Source: a virus
Taxonomy: Duplodnaviria; Heunggongvirae; Uroviricota; Caudoviricetes
Virus record (IMG/VR): IMGVR_UViG_3300042569_001383
Location: 24,125 to 88,124 of that record
Reading direction: 5' to 3' (one strand)
DNA length: 64,000 bases
In this document: piece by piece, positions 29,864-38,579 of the stretch
Position numbering within the stretch: the stretch's first letter is position 1
How the letters are laid out: every line of letters begins with the position of its first letter
Notes under the pieces: model-generated
What the model was told of the DNA's origin: nothing
Databases searched by the model: none
The model's input: the letters and a program-made list of their open reading frames with translations, nothing else
Program-made: the position numbers and the translations under genes

Positions 29864-30268
29864 TTATCCTAAGATAACCACCGGTTTTTGTAACTTGTTA
29901 ACATTAGAATATGCTGTTTTTAATACAGGATCTAATGCAGATTCGTTTGACATTATTATCATGTAATCACAACGTTGTGCAATTAATTTCATGCGATGAT
30001 GTAATTGACTAAAATGATATGGCTTTCCGTAATAAGTCTCAGGCATTGCTGAATATATATTGTATCCTGAAAATGAAGGATTATATTCTTCATATTGAAT
30101 GCCAAATTCCAATGCATATTTTTTAACCATGTGATTTGCTCCTTCATTTCCTCCTGCTCCTATAACAATTAATTCGGTACCGAATCTGGCTTTAAGTTGT
30201 TGCAAAGTTTCTTGCACTTTTCTTCGGTTTTGCCATCCGGTATTTCCAATTACTGCAATTTTATTCAT
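29864..30268 (-). CDS. SLOG/DprA-like Rossmann protein (DUF2493-like)
   Basis: IAVIGNTGW ... VIGAGGNEGANHMV ... MIIMSNESALDP pattern recalled from Smf/DprA-LOG superfamily phage proteins. Confidence 0.45.
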   Translation of the reverse strand: MNKIAVIGNTGWQNRRKVQETLQQLKARFGTELIVIGAGGNEGANHMVKKYALEFGIQYEEYNPSFSGYNIYSAMPETYYGKPYHFSQLHHRMKLIAQRCDYMIIMSNESALDPVLKTAYSNVNKLQKPVVILG

Positions 30269-30507
30269 CGTTTTTCATATAAAAATTTAACGCCTTTTGG
30301 ATAATGTCCATATACTAATCGCAACATGGATTCCAATGTTTTTCGATTTTCTTTGTGGTCTGGACCCGTGATATCAGTGCACAATTTATATTCCATTGTA
30401 TCCCATCGTTTGCCACCCCATGTTCTGTGATTTTCTATATCAAACTGATATACGTATATATGTTCGTGTTCGTGTTTCATTCTCTTATTCGATTTTCTTT
30501 TGGACAA
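30265..30507 (-). CDS. hypothetical protein
   Basis: 80 aa ORF. Confidence 0.3.
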   Translation of the reverse strand: MSKRKSNKRMKHEHEHIYVYQFDIENHRTWGGKRWDTMEYKLCTDITGPDHKENRKTLESMLRLVYGHYPKGVKFLYEKR

Positions 30508-31433
30508 CGTTCATAATCTGTTTTGAATGGACAATATTTGCAATTTGCAGCTCCGCGACCTGCTGTTGCTAGATATTTGCCATTTGCGTTCTTTACACCG
30601 GCATTATCAAAACATTGTTCAACAAATGAATCAATTTGTTTTTGTACTTTTTTGCGATTTACTGATCCAGCGGATGGTCTTACGAGTTGCACACGCTTTT
30701 GAGGAAACATTGATTCTGCTACAATCTTTCTTTTAACAATGAAAAATTCAACATCGATGCTATCAACATCGGTACCGAATTGTTTGCTAAAATAATTCTT
30801 ATAAGCAATCAATTGTGCCATTTTCAATGAATCTGATTTTGCATTTGCATTCCAACCACTACGAGATGTCTTTATGTCGTAAATATAAATGCGATTAGTT
30901 TCAGTGTTCCTAATAACTAAATCTATGAAACCATACCAATACACTGACGGATTCTTATCAGATGCTTGTACACAAAGTTCCATTTCTATTGCAACCAATT
31001 CGTGATTTTTTGTTGAAAAGTATTGTTTGCGTCGTTTCTTGAACCAATCCAGGATAGCAACCCCATCTTCAAGATATTCTGCTAATTGTAATGGATTTGA
31101 AAAATGGTTGCCACCTGTTTCCGTTACGCATCGTAAATATTCTTCACGTAACTTGTTTGTGAGAATTGATTGCAAATCCAATGACTCAGCTTTCTTAACT
31201 GATTCGGTATACATTACCGTTAAGAAATATTGCAACGTCTCGTGAAATGCAGTTCCAAACACAGTGTCAATGCTTGACTGAAATGGAGCTAATCCATCAA
31301 TGTAATTCAATTTCCATGATAATGGACAACGTTCATACAATGACCATTGTGAATATGATATTTTGCGAGGAACAGAATTTGGATCAATCTGCGATAATTT
31401 GTATATAGGCAGTAAATAATTTCCTTGTTTCAT
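30477..31433 (-). CDS. PD-(D/E)XK nuclease with a C-terminal Cys cluster (Cas4/RecB-like exonuclease)
   Basis: GFIDLVIR ... YIYDIKTS gives a D ... D-x-K arrangement. C-terminal CKYCPFKTDYERCP is a Cas4/AddB-like Fe-S Cys cluster. Motif A lies upstream at 31437-31452. Confidence 0.6.
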   Translation of the reverse strand: MKQGNYLLPIYKLSQIDPNSVPRKISYSQWSLYERCPLSWKLNYIDGLAPFQSSIDTVFGTAFHETLQYFLTVMYTESVKKAESLDLQSILTNKLREEYLRCVTETGGNHFSNPLQLAEYLEDGVAILDWFKKRRKQYFSTKNHELVAIEMELCVQASDKNPSVYWYGFIDLVIRNTETNRIYIYDIKTSRSGWNANAKSDSLKMAQLIAYKNYFSKQFGTDVDSIDVEFFIVKRKIVAESMFPQKRVQLVRPSAGSVNRKKVQKQIDSFVEQCFDNAGVKNANGKYLATAGRGAANCKYCPFKTDYERCPKENRIRE

Positions 31434-31436
31434 ACT

Positions 31437-31452
31437 ATATTATATGAAATTA
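31437..31452 (-). promoter_or_regulatory. motif A upstream of the Cas4-like nuclease gene
   Basis: Plus-strand tatattatatgaaatt. Confidence 0.4.
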
Positions 31453-31531
31453 ATATTAAAAAACCAAAAGAACAGTAAAAAAGTGCTAACATTTCTGCTA
31501 GCACTTGTAAATAAATTAAATTAATCGGTGG

Positions 31532-32461
31532 TTACTTTATATTCAAAAAGGTACCACTACCTCCTGCAATCGTGGATGGTAACTTACCGTCCCATGCTTG
31601 TGCTTTTAAATATTCAATATACATTGGAGTCAATTCGTTTTGTTTTAGCTTGATAACCTTTGCTGCTGCTGCGGCATTAATTACTTGCTCCGCACTGTCT
31701 GCCCTAGCTACTGCAATTTTGCGTTTTCCATCTGCAATTGCCGTTAATGCTTGTTGTTCCGATGCTTGTGCTTGTTGAATTGATTTTGTTTTAGCAATAA
31801 TTGATTCTTGCAATGCTTCAGGTGGTGTGATATTTGTTCTTAATTGTGACACATTAAACCACTTAGAAAGTCTTATGTTACATTCGGTAACGATTGCAGC
31901 TTCAAATGCTTGTCGGTGATTAAATATACTATCAACTTCCCATTTATTGGCTTCGTCATTGACAGCACCGATAATTGCATTTTTTAGCCAGTTTAATTCA
32001 ATCTCTGTAATTGGTTTTCTTAAATTAATAAACATGTCACCTATAGCATCTTCTTTTAATGAATAGTTAAATGATGGTTTAATAGTGGCTGGAAATCCGC
32101 CTTTAAGAATAACCGTTTGGTCATCATACTCAATATGTTGCTGAAATATTGGGAATTCTAATACTTGTTCGGTCCATGTATTATACACAACCCATCCGGT
32201 CTTGTATTGGTAACTAGAAACTCCCCTTTGATTGCCGACTAAGTTAACTTTTAATCCTTTGTTACCAGCATCAATTTTTTCAATTGCAAATGGTTGAATC
32301 CCGGAGATTAGTAAACCTACAATCAAAATTGCAACCGGTTTGATAATTTTACTAAAATCAATATTGGCATCACCATATTTGTCTGTGGTTACCAAGCTTG
32401 AAGAAAAAGCCGTTATAACAGCTAATACTGTAAAGATTACAGCAATAATAATTGAAATCAT
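31532..32461 (-). CDS. SPFH/band-7 (prohibitin/HflK-like) membrane protein
   Basis: N-terminal TM anchor MISIIIAVIFTVLAVITAF, a central SPFH-like region, and an Ala/Gln-rich coiled C-terminal region (QAQASEQQALTAIADGKRKIAVARADSAEQ). Confidence 0.6.
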   Translation of the reverse strand: MISIIIAVIFTVLAVITAFSSSLVTTDKYGDANIDFSKIIKPVAILIVGLLISGIQPFAIEKIDAGNKGLKVNLVGNQRGVSSYQYKTGWVVYNTWTEQVLEFPIFQQHIEYDDQTVILKGGFPATIKPSFNYSLKEDAIGDMFINLRKPITEIELNWLKNAIIGAVNDEANKWEVDSIFNHRQAFEAAIVTECNIRLSKWFNVSQLRTNITPPEALQESIIAKTKSIQQAQASEQQALTAIADGKRKIAVARADSAEQVINAAAAAKVIKLKQNELTPMYIEYLKAQAWDGKLPSTIAGGSGTFLNIK

Positions 32462-32643
32462 AATTTGTTAAAGATTTGTTTTGAAATTAATTTAATTGTT
32501 TCCCAAGTTAAATAAAAAATTACAATTGTGCTTGGCCACAATATATAATTTGAAACTTCTCGCGAGATGACGTATTCGAAATAAAAATACACAATCATCA
32601 CATACGCCATTAAAATGGCAGGTAATCTAATTTTGTCTTTCAT
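32458..32643 (-). CDS. small membrane protein
   Basis: 61 aa, hydrophobic, 4 bp overlap with the SPFH gene. Motif A lies upstream at 32658-32673. Confidence 0.35.
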   Translation of the reverse strand: MKDKIRLPAILMAYVMIVYFYFEYVISREVSNYILWPSTIVIFYLTWETIKLISKQIFNKL

Positions 32644-32657
32644 TTAATTTATTTTTT

Positions 32658-32673
32658 TATATTATATGAAATT
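32658..32673 (-). promoter_or_regulatory. motif A upstream of the small membrane protein/SPFH operon
   Basis: Plus-strand tatattatatgaaatt. Confidence 0.45.
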
Positions 32674-32956
32674 ATTTTGTAGATTCCAACCGTTCTATCT
32701 CTTTTAATGCACGTTGCATATAAAGAATGTCATCTAATTTTTCTTCAATGCTATGTTGTAGCCATTCTTTGAGAGACAGATCCGTGCGATCCAAGTCGAC
32801 GCCGTACTTTGCTTTGCCAATTTGAGCTCGCATTACGAATCGGTCAATAATTGAATCAACGATACTATCTGTTTTTGGTATTATTCGTTCGGTTTCAAAT
32901 TGGTCAAATTGGTGCATCGGAAAACCTGTTTGTGGGTCAATTGGTATATATGTCAT
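32672..32956 (-). CDS. hypothetical protein
   Basis: 94 aa ORF. Confidence 0.3.
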   Translation of the reverse strand: MTYIPIDPQTGFPMHQFDQFETERIIPKTDSIVDSIIDRFVMRAQIGKAKYGVDLDRTDLSLKEWLQHSIEEKLDDILYMQRALKEIERLESTK

Positions 32957-33402
32957 TTTATTCCTTTCAATAATTTCTTTTTGTCTCCTTCACTATACCC
33001 ATACATTGTTAAAATGCGTTCACATTGAGTTTTATCCATCAAATCAATATAATCTGTAGCTTCTGATTTGCTGACTTGATAATGTTCTGCGAATTGCTCA
33101 ATTAACGCTTTTTCATACTTATCTTCGGATTTGCCTTTTATGTATTTGGCAAAACCTTTGGATGCTGGAAGGAATTCGTGATACAAACGATATGTCTCTT
33201 GTGGACGTAACAAACCAATTGTATATGTTTGAAATTCATTAACCAATTCCACCAATTCCATTCTCATACTCAACCAACGATTCACAATAAAAGGAGCAAA
33301 TTTCTTTTGATCCGATTCGGACCATTTTGACCATTCTTTCTTTTTATGCGTTAATCCATCAATGAAATCGAAAATTGTTGCACCTTTTTTTTCTTCTGCC
33401 AT
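32953..33402 (-). CDS. hypothetical protein (possible clamp-loader small subunit by position)
   Basis: 149 aa. Sits in the clamp-loader neighbourhood as gp62 does in T4. No motif support. Confidence 0.3.
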   Translation of the reverse strand: MAEEKKGATIFDFIDGLTHKKKEWSKWSESDQKKFAPFIVNRWLSMRMELVELVNEFQTYTIGLLRPQETYRLYHEFLPASKGFAKYIKGKSEDKYEKALIEQFAEHYQVSKSEATDYIDLMDKTQCERILTMYGYSEGDKKKLLKGIK

Positions 33403-33404
33403 GT

Positions 33405-33620
33405 TTATAGTTTATATTTTTTGCGATATTGTTCTTCTAATTGTTTACCTAATCCAATTTCTAATATTACAGCATTATCCGGAATGCCGATTAATTTTGT
33501 TGCATCTAAAATATCATCGATTGTCTTGTTCCGGAACGATTTCATTTTAGTTTTTGCATTGCTTCGAGAAGAAGTTTTAAAAACTACAGTTACGGTACTT
33601 TTATGATATTGTATAGACAT
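33405..33620 (-). CDS. hypothetical protein
   Basis: 71 aa ORF. Confidence 0.25.
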   Translation of the reverse strand: MSIQYHKSTVTVVFKTSSRSNAKTKMKSFRNKTIDDILDATKLIGIPDNAVILEIGLGKQLEEQYRKKYKL

Positions 33621-33841
33621 TATTTAGATTTTAATTTAATTGGCTGAAATTCTTCCGGCACTGCGCCACAATCATCACAACGAAATACCGGAATTGGAAC
33701 CATTGTGTCTTTATCTGCGCCAGTTAACAATTTAGATACCTTGTTAATTGCCGTAACTTGACGAAAATACATTCCATCGCACGCTTTACAGATAATTGGT
33801 TGCATATCCGTCGGATTGATGCCTTTTGCTATTAAACTCAT
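33620..33841 (-). CDS. zinc-ribbon protein
   Basis: CKAC ... CDDC four-Cys arrangement in 73 aa. Confidence 0.35.
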   Translation of the reverse strand: MSLIAKGINPTDMQPIICKACDGMYFRQVTAINKVSKLLTGADKDTMVPIPVFRCDDCGAVPEEFQPIKLKSK

Positions 33842-34764
33842 AATTCTCCTACTAAATTGGCAAACATTGCCATTATGTTAATTTCTTTATCTACAACACT
33901 AGCATCTTTGAATTGTGCTTCCGCTAAAATTAAAATGCAAGGTGCAATATGGCCATGTGCGAATTCATCTAAATTGTCGTATAAAAATGTATACAATGGC
34001 GTAAAGTCTTTAACTTTGCTGTCAGCAATACATTGACGTATTTTTGTGAATGTTGCTTTTTTGTCTTTAGCATTCTTAAGCATTTCTAACACTTCAGACA
34101 TATAATTTGCTTGAATTGCACTTGCTTTATCTAATTGCAATACTCCGCTAACTACCGATGCTTGTGCGGCATTGATTGCACGTCTAACATCCGGATATGA
34201 TGCATTAATAATTGCAGCAATATCTTTGATGTCATATTTAATGCTTTTTTCTTCAAGCACCGTTACTAAGCGTTTTGCAACATCAGTTTTATTTGGAGGT
34301 GTTATTGCAAATGTCTGACAACGAGATTGAATTGGATCAATTATCTTTTCAACATAATTACATGTTAAAATGAAACGTGTCGTTTTGCTATAAGTTTCCA
34401 TTAAATTGCGAAGTGCTGCTTGTGCATTTGGCGTTAAATAATCAGCTTCATCCAATATAATAATTTTCCATCGTTTAAATCCAACGGTTGATGCATAACG
34501 CTTAATTTTGTCGCGAACTGCGTCTACTGAGTTTTCATCTGATGCATTAATATACATTAAATCGGCATCAACACTTCCGGCAATAATTTTTGCCAATGTT
34601 GTCTTACCAGTACCAGCTGATCCATAAAACAATAAATGTGGTACGTCTCCATTTTCAATGAAGATTTTAACTTTTTCAATGATATGCTCGTTTCCGATAT
34701 AACCATCTAATGTGTTAGGGCGAAATGATTCTACCCAAAGCGTGTTTTCTGTGTTTCCGTACAT
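33838..34764 (-). CDS. clamp loader AAA+ subunit (T4 gp44-like, RFC small-subunit-like)
   Basis: Walker A LLFYGSAGTGKTTLAKII, Walker B IIILDEAD, SRC-like SRCQ motif. Confidence 0.75.
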   Translation of the reverse strand: MYGNTENTLWVESFRPNTLDGYIGNEHIIEKVKIFIENGDVPHLLFYGSAGTGKTTLAKIIAGSVDADLMYINASDENSVDAVRDKIKRYASTVGFKRWKIIILDEADYLTPNAQAALRNLMETYSKTTRFILTCNYVEKIIDPIQSRCQTFAITPPNKTDVAKRLVTVLEEKSIKYDIKDIAAIINASYPDVRRAINAAQASVVSGVLQLDKASAIQANYMSEVLEMLKNAKDKKATFTKIRQCIADSKVKDFTPLYTFLYDNLDEFAHGHIAPCILILAEAQFKDASVVDKEINIMAMFANLVGEL

Positions 34765-34771
34765 ATTTTAT

Positions 34772-35200
34772 TTATTTACCTGTTGAACCAAATCCACCAG
34801 CTCCGCGATCCGAATCGGAAAGTTCTTCTGTTTCCTCAAACATAATCGTTGGATATGGTAATATTATTAATTGACCTACTCGCTCACCTACTTGGAATAC
34901 TTTAGCATTCAATAATCCGTTAACGGGGCGAAACTTAAACATAATTTCACCACGATACCCAGAGTCAACAACACCTACATGATTTGTTAGATATAAATCT
35001 GTTTTGCTATTTGATGATCTAGGGAATATTAAACCAACATACCCTTCCGGTATTTCAACTGCTAATCCGGTACCATAAACAACATTTCCATATTGATCCT
35101 GAGTTGCCGATACTGCTGTCAAATCCAATCCAGCATCACCCGGCTTTGAATATGCCGGGATAACTGCGTCTACATGTAATTTTTTAATTTTTACTTGCAT
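34772..35200 (-). CDS. dut: dUTP diphosphatase
   Basis: AGLDL, PRSS and GVVDSGYRGE (dUTPase motif 3) motifs, plus a C-terminal Gly-rich motif 5. Confidence 0.9.
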   Translation of the reverse strand: MQVKIKKLHVDAVIPAYSKPGDAGLDLTAVSATQDQYGNVVYGTGLAVEIPEGYVGLIFPRSSNSKTDLYLTNHVGVVDSGYRGEIMFKFRPVNGLLNAKVFQVGERVGQLIILPYPTIMFEETEELSDSDRGAGGFGSTGK

Positions 35201-35203
35201 ATC

Positions 35204-35914
35204 TTAATTCTGTAACATTACTAACCAATAACTTGATTCAAAATCAGATCCAACAAAATCAATACGTGCTAATCCATCTGGAGAAACATGTAATTGACCA
35301 GCGTCGCCTCTATTTGCAACAAGTACTTCTTTTAATTTGTCTGCTGAAAAACAAACCGGATCCATATCTTCACTTGTTGTAGTTCCAACTTCAAATGAAA
35401 TATTATCAGAGTTAACTGTCGTGTAATTGATAATGAATTTAATTACGCCGCTTTTAACTTGCACTGCAAAGTTTTTAGCATCAGGCAATGCATTTTTTGC
35501 TTTGATAAATTTGCTAATAAATTCTTCATTTACTGCAATTTGAATTTGATAGTCTGGCTCAGTGTTAATAGTTGGAACCGCCGGAATAACTGTGGTATCT
35601 GCTAACATGAAAGTTGCTTTAGTACTGCCTTCCGAAATTGTCATTGCATAATTTTTACCTGCCGCATCCTTAACATCAATATTGATATTTTCTCCAACCG
35701 CACCCAACATTTTAATTAATGCACCCGTGTGATTAATACCCAATGTACCTTTCATAAACGGCGTTGTTAACCATTGAATTTTTCCTACTACGGTTTGATC
35801 CATATCGATTAATTCACACCCAACTCCGGTTTCATTTTCTTTCAAAATAACCGCTTCGCAGTTACCAGCTAAATAATATCTACTGATAAATGACTGTAAT
35901 TTACTTTTTTCCAT
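35204..35914 (-). CDS. sliding clamp (T4 gp45-like)
   Basis: 236 aa. Position next to the clamp loader. N-terminal and central segments resemble gp45 (ATFMLADTTVIPAVP versus gp45 STIFWPAADPSTVVAP). Confidence 0.5.
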   Translation of the reverse strand: MEKSKLQSFISRYYLAGNCEAVILKENETGVGCELIDMDQTVVGKIQWLTTPFMKGTLGINHTGALIKMLGAVGENINIDVKDAAGKNYAMTISEGSTKATFMLADTTVIPAVPTINTEPDYQIQIAVNEEFISKFIKAKNALPDAKNFAVQVKSGVIKFIINYTTVNSDNISFEVGTTTSEDMDPVCFSADKLKEVLVANRGDAGQLHVSPDGLARIDFVGSDFESSYWLVMLQN

Positions 35915-35926
35915 TTTGTGACCTTT

Positions 35927-37189
35927 TTAAAATTTAAAGAATTTATTGAAATTTTCTGCATCTGTAGTTGAAATGCTACTTCCGCCGAACTTTTTATATG
36001 TTTTAATGTATTTTTCGTACGTATTCAATGCTGCATCTGGATCTCCGAACATTTCGTGTAATGAAAGGATTACATCATATAAATCTTTAGGAACAACCGT
36101 TTCTAATAATTCAACGTGACTGTCTACCATTTGATTGATATCTTCTGCTGCGCGGACGTATAAATGCGTATTATGAACAACCATTCTAGGCATAGCTTCT
36201 TGTGAATAACGATCCAATCCAGTTGCGGTTTGTCCACCTAATAATTCATAAGTAAAATCTTCGCACGCAGGGCATCCTAATGAACACGGAACATGCTGTG
36301 TTAAATCTATGCTAGTTGCATCGGGTCTACCTTGTTTAATATGATTCTTTCTGCGATATTCAGCATTTTTTGGAAAATACAATTCAGAAAACGTTTGAGT
36401 TTTGTAATTTGTTGAATGCAAATATGTTCCAAATACTGGATATTGTCCTGGCGAGGAAGAATCCGTAGTAATGTATATTCTATTGCCGGTATGTTTATTC
36501 ATTAATTTTTGCAATGTTGCTAAAATGAAAAAATCCGAAATTTTACTAATACCTAATAAATGTACATATTCTAATCTAGGATTTTCAAATTCGCGATTTT
36601 TTAACATTAATGCCACCGCAAACATGAAATCTACTAATTTTTGAGGACCACCAATCGCCCACCCTTGGAAATCAAAATGTTTAAATTTATGATACCACCA
36701 AGTATATTCATCGGTATTTGATCCTTGCAACATGTTTAAGAATTTGGTTTTTCCACTTTGATGTTTTTCAAACCAAGCAAAATTATCAAAACTAATGTCA
36801 GCACAATGTGCAAATTGATTTCTATATTTATTTTTCGGCGGAATATCTAAATTTGCAGCTACATCGCTATTAGCTTCTAACCAATGAAAGATTTTTTCTC
36901 GTAATTCATTGCTATATGGCAATGCACCGGTTGCAACCTGATATCCACCTGAGTCGCCAAATGTTAATACATCTTTTTCTAAACCCAATTGTTCTCGAAA
37001 ATCCATTTTTTTATAATGATGCCCCGCAGTAACCAAGAAGTAAGGGTGTCGCCATTCTTTTGGATATCGAGAATCAAAGAATTTTACGGGTGCACCGCTT
37101 TCAAATTTCATATCCTTCTTAAATGCAGATACCATAGATCCTGCAGATAGAGACGGAAAATATATGAAACGTTTATTTTGTTCGTTCAT
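35927..37189 (-). CDS. dpdA: DpdA-like DNA-guanine transglycosylase (TGT family)
   Basis: VLTFGDSGGYQV matches the TGT catalytic DSGGFQ loop. C-terminal Cys/His cluster HVPCSLGCPAC ... H resembles the TGT zinc site. FolE, QueD and QueE lie 5-10 kb away. Confidence 0.65.
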   Translation of the reverse strand: MNEQNKRFIYFPSLSAGSMVSAFKKDMKFESGAPVKFFDSRYPKEWRHPYFLVTAGHHYKKMDFREQLGLEKDVLTFGDSGGYQVATGALPYSNELREKIFHWLEANSDVAANLDIPPKNKYRNQFAHCADISFDNFAWFEKHQSGKTKFLNMLQGSNTDEYTWWYHKFKHFDFQGWAIGGPQKLVDFMFAVALMLKNREFENPRLEYVHLLGISKISDFFILATLQKLMNKHTGNRIYITTDSSSPGQYPVFGTYLHSTNYKTQTFSELYFPKNAEYRRKNHIKQGRPDATSIDLTQHVPCSLGCPACEDFTYELLGGQTATGLDRYSQEAMPRMVVHNTHLYVRAAEDINQMVDSHVELLETVVPKDLYDVILSLHEMFGDPDAALNTYEKYIKTYKKFGGSSISTTDAENFNKFFKF

Positions 37190-38234
37190 TGTATTCCTTT
37201 AGTTTATTAATTAATTGTTTTGCTGAAAAAAAGTTATTATGTAACTTTTGCACTAATTGTGCTATTGATTCTGATATTTCTTTGTGTTCGTATTCTAAAA
37301 TTGCACGTGCTGCGTCATTTACCGAATCAGCTCGTTTAAACATCGGGTCATACATTTCCGTATAAGACAACCGATTTGGTACTATAGGACATGCACCAGC
37401 ACACGCTGATTCATACATCGAAATACCCAATGTTTCTTGGTCTGCAAATGAAACTGCAAATCGTGCACGTTGTAGCAATTCATGATATTGCGATTTCGTT
37501 AAATTCATTTCCATTGCTACACAAAATTGATAATGTTTCAAGTCTGGATGTTTTGCTAATCTTTGAAATAAATCTAATCGTTTCTCAGGAGCTATTCGAT
37601 GCGGAAATACTATGATATTTTCTTTTTTAGCCCACAACTGCGGAGCAATCATTGTTTCCGTGTATTCCATTGGCCAACCCGTTCTATCGAAAGTCGGATT
37701 ATGTGCAATATCATACGTTTTCTTCATTAAATTAAAATGCGCACTAGTTGCTAACCAATTATGGTCAAATGCACCAATGAATGCTTGTTCTGCGTGCCTA
37801 ATCCATGGTTTATCTCCCACGAGACGTCCTAAAAAGTCATACGGGTCATATGAACCCGCGTGCCATAATCCGTGCGTTACAACGGGAATATTTAAAAGTT
37901 CACTCATGTATTTAACATTGATGATACCCGGGTGCCATGCATCGGTAAATACTATTTGGTCACCCGGATTAATTTTGCCTTGAGTAAATAACTCAGCTAA
38001 ACGATGCGTTTGCGTTGCCTTGTACATGTTAGTGCCACCAAAGTTCAAAAATGCACCTGGAGTAACGGCATCTGGTATATCAAAGTCGCCTTCGATTACT
38101 TCAACGTCAAATCCATTATCTCGCAATAAAGCGGGAACGTGCCATTTCCATTCGCAAGTATATCGAGTAGGTACTGATTCTAAATCTACTAAAAATATTT
38201 TCATGTTACCTTTCAATGATTGCACCGTTTTCAA
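37173..38234 (-). CDS. GT-B glycosyltransferase resembling T4 DNA beta-glucosyltransferase
   Basis: C-terminal ADQETLGISMYESACAGACPIV E-x7-E motif. N-terminus MKIFLVDLESVPTRYT resembles T4 BGT MKIAIINMG ... FKTVPSSETIY. Overlaps the DpdA-like gene by 17 nt. Confidence 0.45.
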   Translation of the reverse strand: MKTVQSLKGNMKIFLVDLESVPTRYTCEWKWHVPALLRDNGFDVEVIEGDFDIPDAVTPGAFLNFGGTNMYKATQTHRLAELFTQGKINPGDQIVFTDAWHPGIINVKYMSELLNIPVVTHGLWHAGSYDPYDFLGRLVGDKPWIRHAEQAFIGAFDHNWLATSAHFNLMKKTYDIAHNPTFDRTGWPMEYTETMIAPQLWAKKENIIVFPHRIAPEKRLDLFQRLAKHPDLKHYQFCVAMEMNLTKSQYHELLQRARFAVSFADQETLGISMYESACAGACPIVPNRLSYTEMYDPMFKRADSVNDAARAILEYEHKEISESIAQLVQKLHNNFFSAKQLINKLKEYNERTK

Positions 38235-38556
38235 AATCTTCCCAAACTTCTACTTTATACAAACTTGGAAATGATTCTAATAACCACTCTCCAATCATTT
38301 CACATGACATTGAACCAAATTCTAATACATTAGTCTCGGAACCAGTAAATCCTATACGAAGACCTTTTTGTATTTTGCGATTCAATAAGATAAATTCTTC
38401 ATCTCGGTCCGTATGCGTTACATTTGCATAACAACGGAAACCAAACATGTGTCGATGTCTATCTGATAAAAATGCTACTTCTGGAAAAATGTCTTTAGCA
38501 TCAGGCCAACAATGAAACCCTTCGATACTAAATGTTACTACTACACTATATTTCAT
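38206..38556 (-). CDS. hypothetical protein
   Basis: 116 aa ORF between the GT-B gene and the DNA polymerase. Confidence 0.3.
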   Translation of the reverse strand: MKYSVVVTFSIEGFHCWPDAKDIFPEVAFLSDRHRHMFGFRCYANVTHTDRDEEFILLNRKIQKGLRIGFTGSETNVLEFGSMSCEMIGEWLLESFPSLYKVEVWEDFENGAIIER

Positions 38557-38579
38557 AACTTATTATATATAATTTATCA

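Noticed and set aside
37391-37983. Plus-strand ORFs 37391-37615 and 37612-37983
   Set aside because: Antisense to the GT-B gene, which has a conserved E-x7-E motif.
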